Assembly (NCBI GenBank): GCA_050084985.1
Contig: JBITNC010000001.1
Coordinates: 93,682,001 to 93,746,000, forward strand
DNA from: Nageia nagi
Lineage: Eukaryota; Plantae; Pinophyta
Length of the DNA stretch: 64,000 bases
Direction: 5' to 3'
The notes beneath the pieces were generated by a model that saw only the letters and a list, made by a program, of their open reading frames with translations, was not told where the DNA came from and ran no database searches. Position numbers and translations under genes: made by a program. Within the stretch, counting starts at the first letter, position 1, and every line of letters begins with the position of its first letter. Below, piece after piece: positions 1 to 13,109 of the stretch.

Positions 1-249
1 TGGGCAAAACGAGGTCTCTGATCTGGTTGCAGATAGGAGCAAGCAATTCCAAGACGAACAACAAGACATGGCCTTAGCTGGATGTCAAAACCATGCCAAA
101 ATACCAGGTTTGACCAGCAATCTAACTCTTGCGGTGTGAGGAAGTAATATGTTTCCCTCCACCGAATGGTTTTCTTGACTGATGACATTAATAGAGAAAA
201 GTCACCACTTGCTGCAAAATAAAACCTTTCCAGTTCATTATCATTTACC
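1..249 (-). CDS. Sec14p-like protein, coding exon 4 (start of CRAL-TRIO region; runs off the window)
   Basis: Acceptor ATGCATGCAG|; open frame VNDNELERFYFAASGDFSLLMSSVKKTIRWRETYYFLTPQELDCWSNLVFWHGFDIQLRPCLVVRLGIACSYLQPDQRPRFA, typical of CRAL-TRIO N/Sec14 (RF..A, W R, HG.D...RP motifs). Confidence 0.92.
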
Positions 250-3037
250 CTGCATGCATAACATTAAGACCATCATCGAGAGATAATGCCATATAAAGAA
301 GAACTAATGCATATTAATTTAAGGTGTTCCTCCACTAAACTATGTTCTTTGATTTTGAAGGAAAAAGCTATTGAATCTCTACTTTAGACCCTTCTTTTCA
401 GAAAAACTTAATGTACTCGCATTATATGCATGTTCATTGTATATATCACAGGAGTCTAGCTAAAGCATGTAGAGCAATAATATACATAATTAGTTTACAC
501 TATTCTTGGGAATTATGAAACAAGTAAAGATAAACTTTTGCATAGCAAGTGGTAATCTGGCAAAAGTCAATATGAATAGTAGGGGCACATAGTTAATGTC
601 TGCAAAAAATGGGATAGCAGAAATCAATCTGGCAGTTCTAGGAGAAATATATGGGACCCACTGCAAATTCACTTGTGGAAGGAAGGAAGTGCCTTGATTC
701 AAATTCCTAAACTCTCTAAGAGAAAGCAGCAATCCTTATTCTAAGAATATAATCTGATATGTTCTCTTCCATAAAAAGAAAACAGTATTCAACCAAACAG
801 ATTCCAAAGGAGTTTATATGAGTCCATCAATCAAGAGTCTACAAGGAGAGAACCACACCCAATAAGAATGGTGCTGAGGAGGAAATGAAACCAGTTTTGG
901 AACTATGACCAAAATTTCTTCATAAACATCACGCACGTTTTTCTCACACAAAAAACAACAAAAGCATGAGATTCCCACTTTTTCAAGGACGTTTGACAAC
1001 CAACCCATGATGTTAGACCAGCCAACCAACCTCATTGTTAGTTTAGGAGGTTCATGCTTTATTGCTTTCCATATAGACTAAAAGTGCCTTTGCCACCTCT
1101 ACAAATACAATTGATTTTCAAACATCCGCTCAAACAAGGGATGATATTTGAGTAGTGCCTTTTTGTCCATTGATTAGTGTTAGATCAGCAAATCAACCTC
1201 ATTGTAATAGAAGGACGTTCATGCTTTCCGTATAGACTTAACAGTGGCAAATCATGCTTTCCATATAGACTAACAGTGCGTTTGCCACCACTTATGCATA
1301 TCATTGACCTTCAACCATCATTCCAAACAAGGACTGACTTTTTTGGGGTGCCTCAACGAATCATATTAAATCTTTTGTGCAGTGGTTATCCAAGGCTTTT
1401 CCACCAGTGCGCTTTCAATCTCTCCAATAAAAGCTTGATCTTTGAAATTTGAACCAAAAATCTAAATGATCATCTGGCGTGTTTATTGAGATACACCTTC
1501 ATCAGAAATATGCAGAGCACAGGACTTTACTCCCAGAATGGAAAACACTGCAGTTAATCACAAATACAATTATTACCTACCCAAAAATTCCCATTTTTAC
1601 CAATGTTTTAAATGATAAAGAAAGCAGCACATTTTTTGATTTATCTATAATATTTTGTATATTTCAAACCAAACAAATGTTTTCGAGGAAAAACAACCAC
1701 CTCCAAACATTTGCCTCTTTTGATTCGAAGTTCAAACCAAATTTTCCATATGTAGTAACTGTGACTAAGACCATGTCAAGGGAAACTCCTATATCCCAAG
1801 CACTATACCTGAATGTATCAGATCTCATTTTGAGAAGGACAGCCATGCTTAAATGTAATGAGAGACTTCCAAAATTTAGCTCACTGTTAACAAGAACACA
1901 GAACCCATATGCTATGCAAGGAGTGAATAAGCCATGAAGATCTATTGCTGCAACTGAAGGTGAAACACAGGAGGAGAAAATGAGATTGGACAAGGCAAAC
2001 AATGATACTAAATGCCAATCAAGTTGATTTAGGAGACTTGATGGTGATCAAAGTTGATTTGGCATGGCATAGTCATCATTCAATGCAGCATTAATATTGA
2101 GGATTATGACAAACTCACTGCCCATCATCAAAGCCCTCTTAACATCAAAGGCCATTTAATGCTGAATAAATAGACTGCTGCTTATCAAAAGGTTGCTGTG
2201 TAGGGCAACATCTTTATCTGCGTACCTCATCCAACTTATTAATACTCATTCACACTCTCCTATCTACATATCTTGTTCAACTTGCTAGTAGTGGTCTCTC
2301 ATCTTTATTCACTTCTCCACATACATGACCAATATATACATGTTAGCAAAATCTATAGATTTGATAATTGATTGTAATTGAAACTCTGCTGGAACTTTAT
2401 GCATTCAATGAAAACTATTCAACAAGGAAACATTCTGCAGTTGTTTCATTTTCATGGAGCGCTGATCTTCAGGAGAGAAAGCAATTCTATGTTAGAGTTG
2501 TATCCAATACCTTACATTCTATAGCATCATATTTTTATTGTTTGTTAAATTAATTTATCCTCATCTCTGTAAACCTCAAAAAACCTTGTTTGTTATCAAT
2601 TACAATGACGCATACATCTGAAATTTAGATCCTACAAACTTGTGGCATTCCTTTCAATGAATTCCCAGTAGATTTATGGCTTTTTTTCTGTCTAAATCCC
2701 ATCAAGATCATATCACCTTGCCTTCCCTCAATCAAAACCCATTGCAGCCAATTGGCTGAAGCAGTTATGTATTATGCCCTGTAAAAAGGTTGACGAAAAC
2801 AATATCCAACACGACCAGATGGTTATTCTTTTCGTGCCTATGTTAACACAATATAGAAAGATATTTGTCTCAATAAAAAATCTATGTTGAGAAAAATGTA
2901 AAAGCCGTATTTTCCCAAATCTGCTCAATATAACATGGTTAGATGGAGTTGGGGAATTCTGCAAACAGCAACTATATCACTCAGTTTGATTTAAGATAAG
3001 TTCTTCAATGAAGCAAGCGAAAGAAAGAACAAATTAC

Positions 3038-3148
3038 CTGTCAGGTAAAGTAATACCCTGTTTCTCCAACTCGTTCTTCAGAAGTCGCAAGATTCGTCCT
3101 TGCTTCACATTCTCCTCCACTTCTGAATGCTCACTAGACATTACAGCA
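3038..3148 (-). CDS. Sec14p-like protein, coding exon 3
   Basis: Acceptor TTATGGCTTAG|, donor AG|GTAATT; 111 nt (phase 2 to 2); AVMSSEHSEVEENVKQGRILRLLKNELEKQGITLPD(R). Confidence 0.88.
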
Positions 3149-4031
3149 CTAAGCCATAAAGAATTTTAATGTCAATATGATACATATCACAAATACAAAG
3201 AAATTCTCATTATGTTAAAAAAACAAAGAAGAAATAATCTATATATCATGAAATAAAAAAAAAAATTGACTTCCAACCAATAACTTGACTAACAATTTAG
3301 AAAAAAACATATCATCTCAAAGGAGGAATTTTTGCATCATTGTTTACAGATATTTTCTCCTCATCTGAATTTTTATTTTGTTACATACATGCACCCATTT
3401 GTTTAAGTCATTATAAGTATCATGATTTATGAATGAATAATGGATGCAATCATCGATTATATGGGTTTATGTGGGATATTTAATTTGTTGTGAGGGCCTA
3501 ATATTATGGTTACCACATCTTCCATGATATTTGGGATATATAGAGTGTAGCCCACGATGAAATGTAGTCCAAAGCACAGGAGCAACAGAGACAAAGGTGC
3601 CACAGGAACAACAAAAGATTATACATTTCCACGAGGTGTTAACTTAATGCTCATCTAGCCTACTTTTATAGCATTGTATTTCTACACTCTGCTGGGAATA
3701 TCAAACATCCATTCTTTATGCCCAAAAAATAGTGTAACAAAGCAACGCTGGCCATCTCAAAAGTATTTTTTAACCTACTCTTCATGCCTTGAATTTACAC
3801 ATGGAATTTTGTATGAGAATCAAGACATCCACATATAGAACAATAATGACAACTTGCCCAACTTTCCACCTCACATACACAATGTTCTCAATCATGCATC
3901 TAGAGAACCTTGAATTAATAAGTATTCATTTTCTCATACCATTACCCTGGTGCTTGCTTCAACCCATATAGCTTCTTTAACTTGCAAACTAAACAATTGG
4001 ACCCACCTTCCTTAATCCTAATGGTTGTTCA

Positions 4032-7000
4032 TGTTGGGATGTTTTTCTTTGGGATGCTTTTCTTTCCACTTACAAAGACCACCTAAGTGATAACTGGGAA
4101 AGGGCATCCAACATGTGAGTGAGGTTGCGTTACTAACCTCCATTTGTAAGGACTGGTTACCCCAAGGTTTCTAGCATCATGAGATATCTTGTGCGACTAT
4201 GACAGTAGCTATACTTGGAATGTGCAATGGGAAGATAGAGGTAGCAACTGTTAACCATGTTTGTTGTAGGCCTTGGAGTTGACTTACACTAATTGAAAGG
4301 GTAGACTTTAGATGGTAAAAAAAAGGAAAATAACAAAGGAAATGGAAAGTGGGGATGATGGCATACGAGGTGAGTTCATTCAAAGACAAGTTCACCAATG
4401 ATGTAGTGGCTAGATCACTTTCTCTCCAGGTTAATTATGAAATGTTTACCCACTTATCCAATCCTACCACAAATGACTAAGTGCAAATTGTGTGTAGAAA
4501 GAACCTATAGCAGTGTTGTCAATGACAATAACATGGGCAACATCTCAAGCCAACATAGAAAGAATTTCACTAGCATACATCCATTTACATGCGAAAGAGT
4601 GGACAATGTCTATCAAATGAATATCATACAACTTCATAAGATATTCAACCATCTTTCTAACAAGCTTACACTTGCAAGAAATGTGTGCAAGTCACATAAT
4701 AACCATAAGCAAACACTAAGTACAAGTACTCAAGTCCACAATCCCATAAAATGAAACAAGTCTTAATTTGTTTAGGTTATGCACCACATTCACATACAAA
4801 AGAGTATTAAAGTTTTAGCAAATTTCAAGCTCTCCCTTGAGCAAATGATCATCCTCTCCCAAAATGAGCCCTTTTAGGCTACTTATAGTTTTTTGCAAGA
4901 AAACCCTAACCCTAATGCAAATTCAAATAAAATTCATCTAAATTAACACTAATTATTAATAGTCCAATCAAAACATGCCACGTGGTGATAAAAGACTAAA
5001 TCCAACACTTGTGGTCGCAAATTCTCATCCATCACAAGGCTTAACTGAAATGTATATAATTTGGAGTCCAAAATAGGTAAATTATGCATAATAAAATAAA
5101 ATTAAAAATGTTGAATCCAAAATGCAATGCCTCCATCTAACTAGTGCTTATGAATTTGTTTTCCCCTTTCACATCTGCAACACATGCCTGGGAACCTTCA
5201 CCATTTGCATGTCAAGATTGTCCCCATTCTTGAGTGGTCATCCTGTCTTGAGGATGGCATGGTGTGTCATCTTCTTCAAGACTCTACTTCTGGCTCTCCT
5301 TCAATTCTTATGTGAGCCTTCTGAGTTCTATGATTCTTTATGCCCTTGTGGTCCTGATCTCGCCCATCTCCATATTTTGGGTATGAGCCTCCAAAATCTG
5401 AGACTTGTTTGGGTCTTTGTTAAACAAGACCTTGGTGGCAGACAACGTATTATTGACCTTGAAGATGAATTTTCTCACATAGTGATTTTTCGTTGATTCA
5501 TTTTTCACCTTTTGGCTAGGGTCTTCATGTGATGCTCTCATTAAGGCTACGAAATCAATACTGAAATTCTTGTTTGATGAAGTGCCTTTGTTATTCCCCA
5601 CTTGTTCTGGCTCAATCTTCTCCCCTTTCACCTTGGAGTTTGTCCTTGTCATTTCGATCCTTGATCTGAAATAGTACTCCAACACCTTAGCAAATGAAAA
5701 GGGGAGGCTTCTTCAACTCGCTCAAAGACTCCAAAAGAGTTTGTCGGTCTTAATGCCCCAAAGGAGAGAGTCATCTTGTTATGTAAAAATGAAGGCGAGA
5801 TTCCCCCTTTATAGATATTTTTAAGGGTTTTTCTAGGTTAAATTAGTTGGAGGCCTAGGGATTTGTGCTTTCATGGGTGGACGTGGCTTTCTAGGCAAGT
5901 TATGCACAAAATTCAAGGTCTGCTATCTTCAGGAGGCAGGCGCAAGTGTTTTAGAGGTCAAAGTGGTTGTCTTGCCTTGAGCTTGTGCCTAAGAAGGCAT
6001 GGTGCAAATCTAAAGGGGGTCATAATGCTTGTCTATTCCAAGACATGCACTCAAGGTGTTTCGTCATGACAAGCGCAGGTTTCCAGGTGGACAAGGGATT
6101 TGTCTTGGTTGAGACATGCTCTTGGAAGTCTGGCGCCAATGTTTGGAGGGTCAACTCTTGTCTTGGTTAAGACATGCACCAAAAGGAGGAAGTATGAGCC
6201 CTACGCAAATGTCATAGAGGTCAAGAAGTTTGTCTTGGTCCAGACTTGCACCTAGGGAAGGAAGAAAAGCTTGCCGCAAATATTTTGGGGGTCATCAATC
6301 CTATCCTAGTGTCTTGAGCTAGATCTGCACTTGGGGAGGAGCATTCATGCCAAGTGCAAGTCTTTAAGAGGTCAGTCATAAACCATGTATAATTCCAATC
6401 TTGCGCTTAAGATGGATGTAGAGAGCCTGGTGCAGGTTTAGAGGGAATCAACAATGATATCCGGGCTCGACCACGCATTCAAGGAGGTTTGGCGCAAGTC
6501 TTGTGAGGGTCACGATGCTTGTCTTGGTCCATACTTGCGCCTAAGAGAGTCAAGGAAGGTGTCTCAAGTCACTTGTGCTAGAGGAGTGCATCCGAGCTTC
6601 ACCTAAATCCTCCACAAGTCAAAAATTTGTCTCCTTTCGAGCATGTACCAAGGCAAAATATGCTCCATAGTCAAATTTGATCTTTGTTGCTCGAAATGGT
6701 CACCTGGAGCTCTTAGAAGGTTGGCGCAGATCCTTAGAGGGGCATGAAGGTGGTATTGAGTCAAACTTGTGCCATGGAGGTGTGCATGATTTGGGCGCAC
6801 ATCTTGAATGAGACAAGATGCTTGTCTCCTATCAAAGCTGAGCTAATGTAGAGGAGGAGTTTTCATACTTGGTAATTAGTCAATTTCCTCCTTTGTCACT
6901 TATATTCATCATTTTGAGTCTTTGGAAGGCTAACACAAATCTTGGAGGGGACATGAATGTTGTCTCCCTAGGAACGTGCACCTCAATGGGACTTAGCCAA

Positions 7001-7181
7001 ATTTTGAATTGCAAGTTCCAGAGAGTTTCTTTACCATTCTTCACTTGTCCTAAGCTCCAATATCCCCAATCATGAGACGTTGTTCCCTTGGTAGCTCCAC
7101 TGGAGCAAGTGTCTCTTTGCCAAAATTTATGGGTCCCCAAAATTCGCTAGAATTTAGGGGCATGTTGTGGAAGCCACAACA
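4032..7181 (-). mobile_element. Solo LTR A (3.15 kb; probably Ty3/Gypsy Tat/Athila-type)
   Basis: TGTTG...CAACA termini, TSD GTTCA/GTTCC, interrupts the Copia-2 RT; shares end motifs (ATTTTGGGGACCC; GGGGTAACCAGTCC; GGAAAGAAAA) with B, C and D. Lineage is inference. Confidence 0.85.
5890..6560. repeat. Degenerate array of ~10 GGCGCA...TGCGCC-bracketed ~50-bp units in LTR A
   Basis: e.g. GGCGCAAGTCTTGTGAGGGTCACGATGCTTGTCTTGGTCCATACTTGCGCC (6491-6541); period about 65-75 bp. Confidence 0.7.
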
Positions 7182-8713
7182 GTTCCATGTAGATCTATTC
7201 CTTCAAACTTTCAAATCACCATTGAGAAATGCACTCTTCACATTCATTTGGTGCACCCTCCAACTAAAATAAGAAGCCATGTTTAGCACAAGCCAAAGAG
7301 AATCCATGCAAGAAATAGTTGCTAAAGTCTCACTGCATCAATACCCTTCCCCTAAGAATATCCCTTAGCTACCAATCAAGTCTTATGTTTCTCCACTTCA
7401 CGCTTAAATGTATATTTTGTCCTGCAGACCCATTTACAACCAAAAATATTTTTACACTATGTTCTAGGAGCCAACTCCTATCTATTGTTCCTCGTTAGCA
7501 TTTGATACTCACTCTTCATAGCTACATTGCCCTTAAGTTTCCTATGAGCTTGTTTGAAAGTAGAAGGATCCTCTGCTCCCCTAAACTTAGCCATGAGTGA
7601 AAATTTTACTTGATGAACCTATACACAAATCTTACACTCAACATTATGAAAGTCTAATAACTCACACGAGGCATCCCTCAAAGTATACCTAAGTCACATA
7701 GGCCTCAATGCTCTCTTCAAAGATTGACAAAACATGTACTAAATGATTAGAGTGACAATGATCATCATGCCATTGCTCTCCGAGATGAACCATATCATAA
7801 CCACCGTCAATGCGAGAATCATCATTCCTACTATCCAAGTGAAGATCATCATCCTTGCCATCATCTCCATCTTCATAATGAAGATCTCTCTCATGCCCAT
7901 TACCATGTCCACCATGATGTTTGTTATGCCCACCATAAGACAAATTATGAGAACAAGGCCATTGAAAATTTGATGAAGACTTCACACCAAGAAGCTTTGA
8001 TAAAGTAGAAGAACCAACATGAGTTGAAAGGGTTCCCTCATCAAACGCACATACCTAATCAAAAATTCTTCATACCAATAGATCCAAGATCCATATCCCT
8101 TGGATACCTCATTGTACCCCACAAAGATGTGTTGGAGTTTTGAGCCCTTCAAGACATGATACTCATGAGGAACAAGCTCATTGGTCTCAACCGGTAGGGA
8201 CATATCTGGCCAATTCAAACCAACCGGTGAACCAGTCAGAGTCAGCCAACCGGCCTATCAGTTAGCCAATCAGTCTACAACACACCGACACTCCCTTTAC
8301 ATAGGCAGAATGTGATAGATTCGATGTTTTCGTTAAGTTTGTCTTTGTTGTGCGTATTCTAGCTTAGATTAATGGTTTGTTATAGCAAGTAGAACATACG
8401 AGAACGTGAACAAACTATCCATGTTGATGTTCACATGGATTTGAGTGTGTTTTGTAGTGATTTAGTTGATGTGTGATTTACTTGTGATATAATAGTCATG
8501 TTTGTAATCTAGTTCCAAACTTGGAACTATAAATCATTGTACTTCGGTTCACTTGTTAATTCAATCAATGTTATTCATTCTCTTATTGTGGTATCAGAGC
8601 AAAGTAGATTGCTTGGGTTAAATCTTGTAGAAGCTCTTCAACTTTTTTGCATTTCAAAACTTTTGCAGGAGCAATATCAAAATTTGATTTGGTGAAAGAC
8701 ACATTGATTGAAG

Positions 8714-11700
8714 ATGGCAAATGGTAACAACAACAACAATTTGCCAATCCCAGAATTCAAAGGAGATAATTATGATTACTGGGCAATAAGAATGAAGCAC
8801 CTTTTCATAAGTAGAGGAGTATGGGAGATCATAGAAGATGGATATATTGAGCCAACAAATTGGTCTCAACTTGATCAAGCCACTAAGCAAACTATGAGAG
8901 ATTCTCAAAAGAAGAATAGCCAAGTTGTCTTCCTCTTACAAACAGCAGTAGATGAGAGCCTATTCCCAACAATAGCAAGTTGCACTTCAGCCAAGAATGC
9001 TTCGACAGCCCTCAAAGATAGTTTTGAAGTCAACAAACAAGTCAAGAAAGTGAGACTCCAAACTCTAAGAATTGAGTTTGAAACCTTGAGGATGAAAGAA
9101 GATGAAAAAGTTGGTGATTATTGTGCTAAAGCCAAGGCTTGTGTAGACAAAATGAGAGCTCTTGGTGAAGAATTCTCTAATGAAATCATTGTGACAAAAG
9201 TGTTGAGAACACTCTTGCCCAAGAGGAATCAAATCTTTGTCATCCTCGAAGAGACAAAAGATGTATCCACACTTTCATTTGATCAGCTCATTGGTTCCCT
9301 AGTCTCTCATGAGGAGAGAGTTTCTTCAACTCCACATGTTGGGAGCATGGAAGCAAGCGGGCAAGGTAGAGGCCAAGGATCCCAAGGTAGATGTAGAGGA
9401 AGATCTCCAAGAGGAAGAGCAAAAGGAAGGAGAGGTGGATCTCAAGGTAGAGAAAGAGAAAGGTCCAATGATAAAAGTAACAAGCAATGTTACTATTGTA
9501 ATAGATTTGACCACTATGAGAATTAGTGTAGAACAAAGGCAGCCAATGAAGCTAGAGGTAGTGCACACTATGGGGAAGAAGAAGAGGACTCTCAAACTCT
9601 CTTCTTGTCCTATGGTAAATCTGATCAAAGCATGGATTCAACATGGATACTTGACACCGGATGCTCCAATCACATGACCAGCAAAGGAGAATTGTTCACT
9701 TCATTGAACAAATCATACAAATCCAAGATCAGCCTTGGAGAAGGCATTGGATCCATGGAGGTGCCTACCAAGGAGGGAAGCAAAAAGGTAAATGATGTCT
9801 ATCATATCTCCAATTCGAAACACAATCTTTTGAGTGTTGGCCAAATTATGGTCATAGGCATGTAACCACAATACATATGACAAAAAATAGATTGTTTCCT
9901 TTCAAGTTTGGGAAGCAAAGCACCAATTTTGCTCATGTAGCCATAAACAACAAAAATTGGTTGCGGCACTTACAATTTGGGCATGTGAACTTTCAAAATT
10001 TGAAGATGATGTCCTCCAAGGAGATGGTATGTGGACTGCCCAAGATTGAAGAGCAAAAAGATGTATGTGAAAGGGTGTGTTTTGGGAAAGCACACAAGGT
10101 CAAAGTTTCCAAGAGGCCAAGCATGGAGAGCCTCATATCCTCTACAATGATGCATTTCGATATTTTTGGGCCTATGCAAACACAAAGCATTGGTATGAAC
10201 TCATAATTCCTCACTTTTATTGATGATTATTCAAGAATGAGTAGGGTTTACTTCCTCAAGCATAAAGATGAAGCTCTTCGATGTTTTACAAACTTCAAAA
10301 ATCTTGTTGAAAAGTAAAGTGGCTACTATGTGAAATGCTTAAGAACTGATAGAGGAGAATATTGTTCACTTGAATTTTTGCAATATTGTGAAGATTGTGG
10401 TGTGAAAAGGCAACTCACAAATGCCTACACCCCACTACAAAATGAAGTGGCTGAAGGTAAAATAGGATTGTTCAAAATTTGGCAAGAAGTGTGTTGCAAT
10501 CCAAAAATTTGCCAAACATGTATTGGGTTGAAGCAATTAGAACAGCCATCTATATTCTAAATATGAGTTCTACTTCTAGTTTGGAAGGCATAACTACATA
10601 TGAAGCTTGGTTTGAAAGGAAGCCAAATGTATCACACTTCAGAGTTTTTGGTTGTCTTGCATATGCACATGTTCCCAAAGAACATAGAAAAAAGCTTGAT
10701 CCTAAATATAAAGCATGTATTTTCATAGGCTATTGTGAAGATACAAAAGGGTATAGACTCTTTAATCCAAAAACTCACAAAGTCATTGTTTCTAGAGCTG
10801 TGATTTTTGATAGAGGAGGAGCATGGGGTCATCAAAAGATCTACATGGATGGTGATTCCATAGAAGAGAGCTCTCCAAAGGCAGCAAGCAAAGATCAGCC
10901 CAGCTAAACAAAGCCACCAAGTTCTCCTCAAATACAGTCTTCAAGTGATCAAGTAAGTTCTTCAGGCCCTTCTCCACGATCTCCTTCAACACCAAGTGAT
11001 AGAATATCGCTAGAAGAGGAAAAAGAAAGCATTGCTAAATGGAAAAGAATTCTTGCTAGCCATCCAACAGCCCAAATGTTGGATAAAAATTTCCTTAGAA
11101 GAACCAAAAAGATCCCAATCCAAAGAAATGGAGCAATTTGTTGACAAGATTCAAAACATGCAATTGTATGGTGAACCCAAAGGGGGTGTGGTAAATTATG
11201 CTTTAATGTCTTTCAATGATTTAGAGCCTTCTAATTTTGAGCAAGCATGTACTAACAACTTGTGGATGAAGGCAATGGAGGATGAGATGAATTCCATCAA
11301 GAAGAATGATACATGGGAGCATGTTGAGCTTCCAAGAGACAAGAAGGTTGTAGGCTCTAAATGGGTCTATAAAACCAAATATAATGCTGATGGAACAGTT
11401 GAAGGACTCAAAGCAAGGCTTGTTGCAAAAGGCCTCACACAAAAATATGGCATAGACTATGAGGAGACCTTTGCCCTGGTGGCTAGACAAGAAACTATAA
11501 GAATGATCCTTTCATTGGCAGCCCATAAAGGATGGAATCTACACCATCTTGATGTAAAATGTGCAACAACCTCAAGGTTTTGGGATAGAAGGCAAAGAAG
11601 ACCATGTCTACAAATTGAAGAAGGCACTCTATGGCCTCAAACAAGCTCCAAATGCATTGTATTCATGCATTGATGGCTACTTCCACCAAGTTGGCTTTGT

Positions 11701-12730
11701 AAGGAGCAAAAGTGAGCCAACTCTCTACTTCAAGAAGGAAGGTAATGGACGTAATGACATTCTTCTTGTTTGCCTTTATGTTGACGACTTGATTTATTTG
11801 AAAGTAATCCTAAAACAAATGATGAATTAAAAAATGCAATGCTGAAAGAATTTGAGATGGACGACCTTGGTTTGATGCACTACTTCCTTGGCATGGAAGT
11901 ACATCAACAAAATGATGAGATTTTGTATATCAAACCAAATATGCCAAAGATATATTAAAAAAATTTGGCATGTATAATTGTAAATGTGTTGCAACTCCAA
12001 TTGCTCATGGAGTATTGTTGAGCAAAGATGATGGGGCTGATAAGGTAGACATCACCTCATATAGATGTTTGGTAGGAAGTCTCATGTTCCTCACCAATAC
12101 TAGACCCGACATAGCATGTGTTGTTTCACTTGTGTCTAGATACATGAGTGACCCATCAAAATCACACCTAAAGGCAGCCAAAAGAATACTTAGATATGTC
12201 AAAGGAACTCTTGATTTTGGTATAAACTATTGTAAAAGTGACGTTGTAAAACTTGTAAGCTATAGAGATTCCAATTGGGGTAGGAATATAGATTATAGGA
12301 AGTCCACATCCAGCAATTGTTTCACACTTGGGTCTGGTATGATTACTTGGTCATCTCAAAAGCAAACTACAGTTGCATTATCATCTGTAGAGCCCGAGTA
12401 ATATTGCAACCACAAGTGCTAGTGCACAAGTATAGTGGTTGAGGAAGCTACTTCAGGAGATTGGTGAGAAACAAAGTGATGCTACAACACTGTTTTGTGA
12501 CAACATGAGTGCAATACAACTTGCATACAATCTAGTCCATCACAGCAAGTTCAAACACTTTGACATCAAGTACCACTTCATTCGAGATATGGTGGAGAAG
12601 AAGGTGATAGAGTTGCAATACATTCCTACTGAAGACAATGTGGCTGATTTGTTCACTAAGGGGGTCTCCAAAACTCAATTTCTGAAGTTGAGAGACTTCC
12701 TAGTATGTCCCCTTAGCATCAAGGGAGAGA
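8714..12730 (+). pseudogene. Copia-1 gag-pol with stops and frameshifts
   Basis: Gag (NYDYWAIRMK), zinc knuckle CYYC, protease WILDTGCSNHMT, integrase (LRTDRGEY), RT (KWVYKTK, LYGLKQAP, LYVDDL), RNase H (CDNMSAI, KHFDIKYHFIRD). Confidence 0.95.
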
Positions 12731-13109
12731 ATGTTGGAGTTTTGAGGCCTCCAAGCCATGATACTCACGAGGAACAAGCTCACTAGTCTCAACTGACGGG
12801 GACAAGTCCGACCAATTCAAACCAACCGATGAACCGATCAGACTCAGCCAACTGGCCTGCAACACAGCAACACTTCCTGTAGACAGGTAGAATGTGATAG
12901 ATTTGATGTTTTCCTTGAGTTTTTCTTTGTTGTGTGTGTTCTAGCTTAGGTCAGTGGTTTGTTATAGCTGGTAGAACATGTGAGAATGTCAATGAGCTAT
13001 CCATGTTGATGTTCAATTGGATTTGAGTGCGTTTTGTAGTGATTTAGTTGATATGTAATTTACTTGTGAGATAAGAATCATGTTTGTAATCTAGTTCCAA
13101 ACTTGGAAC

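Noticed and set aside
7689-7985. His/Asp-rich or Ile/Met-rich small proteins in three frames
   Set aside because: An ATC/GAT-rich low-complexity linker between integrase and RT of Copia-2; the open frames are a by-product.
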